Shown here one piece after another: positions 60,811 through 64,000 of a stretch of 64,000 nt of DNA. Location of the stretch: the NCBI GenBank assembly GCA_973895155.1, contig OZ316891.1, forward strand, positions 5,551,708 through 5,615,707, written 5' to 3'. The number at the start of each line of letters is the position of its first letter. Position 1 is the first letter of the stretch. Under the pieces are notes generated by a model. It ran no database searches, was not told the origin of the DNA, and saw only the letters and a list, made by a program, of their open reading frames with translations. The translations under genes were made by a program, and so were the position numbers. This stretch comes from Marsupella aquatica. Lineage: Eukaryota; Plantae; Marchantiophyta.

Positions 60811-63033
60811 TAATAACAAAATGGGACATCAACCCAAGGGACCTAAGGTTGACATGCCAAGAACCAAGTGGCCTGAACCAGGGAAGAACTGGGCCTCAAA
60901 AGGAGGCGGCAACTAAACAAGACATCTAGAAACTACAGTGGGAGTGGCTTACTCTTAAAGACCGGCCAAATGATCAGGTACCGGCTAGGTTCTTTCCAAT
61001 GGGTCCCTTTTTATTTTACAAAAGGGTGGAGGATGCCACCTTGTATGACGGGGGAGGTGATATAAGAGGACGCTAATTGTTGTTTACAAAATTCTTCATT
61101 GGTAGGTCTCCATATCAAACTCTGGCTCTTAGTGGGATCTTTGACTAGATGTAAACAAAAACACTTGACAAATATCTGCCAAAATTGGAGAAGACTCTTA
61201 GGAGAGATGGAATTTCATGAAATTTTGCCACTAAAGAAGCTCTTGTGGTGGCACATTGGTTCTTTTTATTTCTTTTGAGATTAGATTTGGACTCGCTATT
61301 TAATGAGTGGAACTCAAGGGGGACATTTCCATGGAGTGACACATCATGGAATATAAATATAGGATACTTTTAGTCATTTTTGAGAAAAACTTTTTAATGA
61401 TGCATTCCTTGGATAAGTGCAAGCTTATGGTATATTTCAGGGAACATGAACCTCGATATCCGTTCAATCGAGAATGTATCCTATATGCTTTACTCTTTCT
61501 CATAAATGAAAATTTTATTAAGAATTATTAGACGTCTTGCATGATTAAAGTGACATTATTAAATTCAAATTTCATCAAGAATGTCTATTTTAGTGACATT
61601 ATTAGACGACTGACATTATTAAATTCAAATTCGTGCTTTGACTTCTTTCATTTGTGAAAACAGAGAACCGTCATTGTCGAGCCCTCTTCATTCTCCTCGA
61701 TTCCCATAAAAGTACATTACGATTCTCTACTGTACAGAGATTACAGAGATTACAGAGCGTATTGCAACACTAATTGTGGGCAAGTTAATCTATAAAGTTT
61801 GTTAGAGGTTATAACGGGTCCCAGCAGGCCAGTACAATACGTCTCACGGCTGGGCCGAGAGCGAACTATATTTCGCCTCTCAATCAATTCTGTGTATATG
61901 TGACCTTGGCGACTTTCCAGAATCCAGATAGATCCATATTATATCGAGGAGTGAAACGCATTATTGACAGTAAGAAGTGGAACTTTTATTCCTCGATTCA
62001 AAGCTCTGGAATGTTACAGCTTGTACCAACCTCCCCAAAATTGTTAGCCGAAAACAGTTTGGCTACACTTCTTTTTATATCGTCGAGGATCTATGAGTGA
62101 TTCAATGATCAGGAGTCACCTCTGTGTAGCCAGATAATGTCTTTGTTTGTTAGCCCTAATGAATGGATATGAACAGATACCCCATTTATCTGACCGCCAA
62201 ACCAAATATCATGTCACGGCGAAGATTGCACTCCAGATTGACTTTCATTTGTTTACGTTGTCAGCTTCTACCTATGAGAAATTCTCGTTGTCAAACGGGT
62301 ATGGTGGGCTACTGGGCTGTGTCAGTTTTGTTTTTGTGGTCCTGATGGATGGTAGGGTAATCACCAGCCCGGTTCATGCGCAGTAGATGAATTCCTCGGA
62401 ATGGACGCCTGCCTGCATACTTACTATTCGGTCGTCTCCATATATTCTTTGTAGCTGCTAGACATCGTCCTGCAATTATGTACGATGATCAATTCAAACC
62501 TAACATCTCGTTTTTGCTTAGTGTTGGTTGTCCTCCGTTGATTACAGTTGGGCGGGAAAAACACATGCACAAAGCAAAATGCAAGCACGCTGACATGATC
62601 GTGGCTGCCAAATGACAAAGAAAGCATACTGGACACTCAACAACACCGGAGTTCGCCATTTACACTCTTGTGCTCCATGGACATTCCGCCAGCCGATTGG
62701 TAGAAGCCTAAGCTTACAAAATGCGCAATCAGGAAGAACATTGTCACTCTTCTCGAGGATGACACTGATTGAATCAAAGCCAAGTTTATAACATAGTCCC
62801 CAAGAACTCGACAATCATCGACTGATCTGCATCAAAATTGAGCATACCTCACTACATTACCTAGGTTAAAATACTAACCCCGATAAATGCGAAATCCGTA
62901 GCCACATTTACGATATCCGCCCACTAAGAAAAATCTATTATCAGTCGGCTCTTGGATATAGGGAGGCAAGCCTATTTGAAGAAGTATTTCGGCAAAGATT
63001 TGTTTTAAGTACAGACAATCTTTGAAGATCCAT

Positions 63034-63993
63034 CTAAACACCAATGTCAGATCTGAGTACACCACTGAGGACGCTTCGGCAAGTAGGACAACTTCTGCTT
63101 TTCTCTCTGTGTTGCTCTAAGCAACGGAAACAATAATCTGCGTGCACACAAGGTAAGCAGATGGCATCTTTCGGCGATTCCAGACAAATCTTGCACAATT
63201 TGCTCTCCCTTTCTTCCTCGAGACTCTTCTGCATTGTTTCGAGAGCAATGTTCAGCCGGTTCTGATCTTGTTGTAAGGTAAGAACTTCGTCTTCCACTTT
63301 GCCTTTTGCGATTGCAGATTGTTGCAACTCACTTTCCAAATTGTCACGGTCAAGCTGTGCTTTGTCTAACTCCGCTTCATATGTTATCTCCAGCTGTTTT
63401 TTATTTTCGGTTAGTTGCTGTAGGCTCCTCTGCATCGTTTCAAGGGCACTTTCAAGCCGATTTTTCTCCGCGCGGTCAAGCTGTGCTTCGTCTAACTCCG
63501 CTTCATATGTTATCTCCAGCTGTTTTTTATCTTCGGTTAGTTGCTGTAGGCTCCTCTGCATCGTTTCAAGGGCACTTTTAAGCCGATTTTTCTCCGCGCG
63601 CGTGGAAACCAGCGACTTGTGAAAATAAATTTGCCTTCTCGCTATTTCAGTTTCCAATACATTCCTCTGCTCCTGTGTGGAACTGAGCTCTGCCTGACAG
63701 TCATACAATATGCATTTGTCATATTGCGCTTGCTTCTTCAGGCACTCTAATTCTTTCCTCGTATTCTGTATATCAAGTATAGTATCATTCCGCTCATCGC
63801 GAGCTTTCCGCTTCATGCACTCTAACTCTATCTTCTTGCACTGTGCATCAAGCAAAGCAGCATTTCGCTCCCGTTGCAGCTCGATTATTTTGTTCGAAGC
63901 CCAACCCGAGAACCCCCTTTCCACGTCAAGCTCAGATTCTAGAGTCTTCTCCCACATTGTAGCTTCGACAGAATGTCTCTTCTTTTTAGTCAC
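63034..63993 (-). CDS. Coiled-coil + C-terminal RING-HC E3 ligase. Frame is open to the window edge, so the 5' end may be incomplete (first in-window ATG 63957)
   Basis: Heptads with a 42-aa duplication, then CKICLESPKDAICLPCVHADYCFRC-x10-CPTC...SGVL. Confidence 0.85.
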   Translation of the reverse strand: MTKKKRHSVEATMWEKTLESELDVERGFSGWASNKIIELQRERNAALLDAQCKKIELECMKRKARDERNDTILDIQNTRKELECLKKQAQYDKCILYDCQAELSSTQEQRNVLETEIARRQIYFHKSLVSTRAEKNRLKSALETMQRSLQQLTEDKKQLEITYEAELDEAQLDRAEKNRLESALETMQRSLQQLTENKKQLEITYEAELDKAQLDRDNLESELQQSAIAKGKVEDEVLTLQQDQNRLNIALETMQKSLEEERESKLCKICLESPKDAICLPCVHADYCFRCLEQHREKSRSCPTCRSVLSGVLRSDIGV

Positions 63994-64000
63994 TGACGGG

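Overview
Land-plant nuclear DNA. It is probably a bryophyte/liverwort, inferred from the short-intron gene structures and TE types. Genes in order: a 5'-incomplete protein-L-isoaspartyl methyltransferase (+), a single-exon WRKY19-like C-C-C-H zinc-finger repeat protein with a uORF-laden leader (-), a 12-exon 3xHMG-box gene (-), an intronless NBR1/p62-like autophagy receptor with PB1-ZZ-ZZ-UBA-AIM-UBA architecture and no FW domain (+), a 4-exon UDP-glycosyltransferase (-), a LEA_2/NHL protein (+), and four intronless, highly diverged coiled-coil genes (-), three ending in an IAP/BOI-type RING. Mobile DNA: a young full-length Ty1/copia with non-canonical TG...TA LTRs, a half-tRNA-type PBS and a 5-bp TSD; a 2.6-kb solo LTR; a CRE-like RLE non-LTR fragment; a Helitron-like 3' end; foldback MITEs; and many tandem duplications. 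Best leads: the coiled-coil/RING array with heptad-exact expansions and a RING-less member, the FW-less double-ZZ NBR1, a 54-bp minisatellite upstream of NBR1 that is homologous to the leader of the RING-less gene 22 kb away, and the fungal-looking copia. All exon boundaries and alignments were read by eye.
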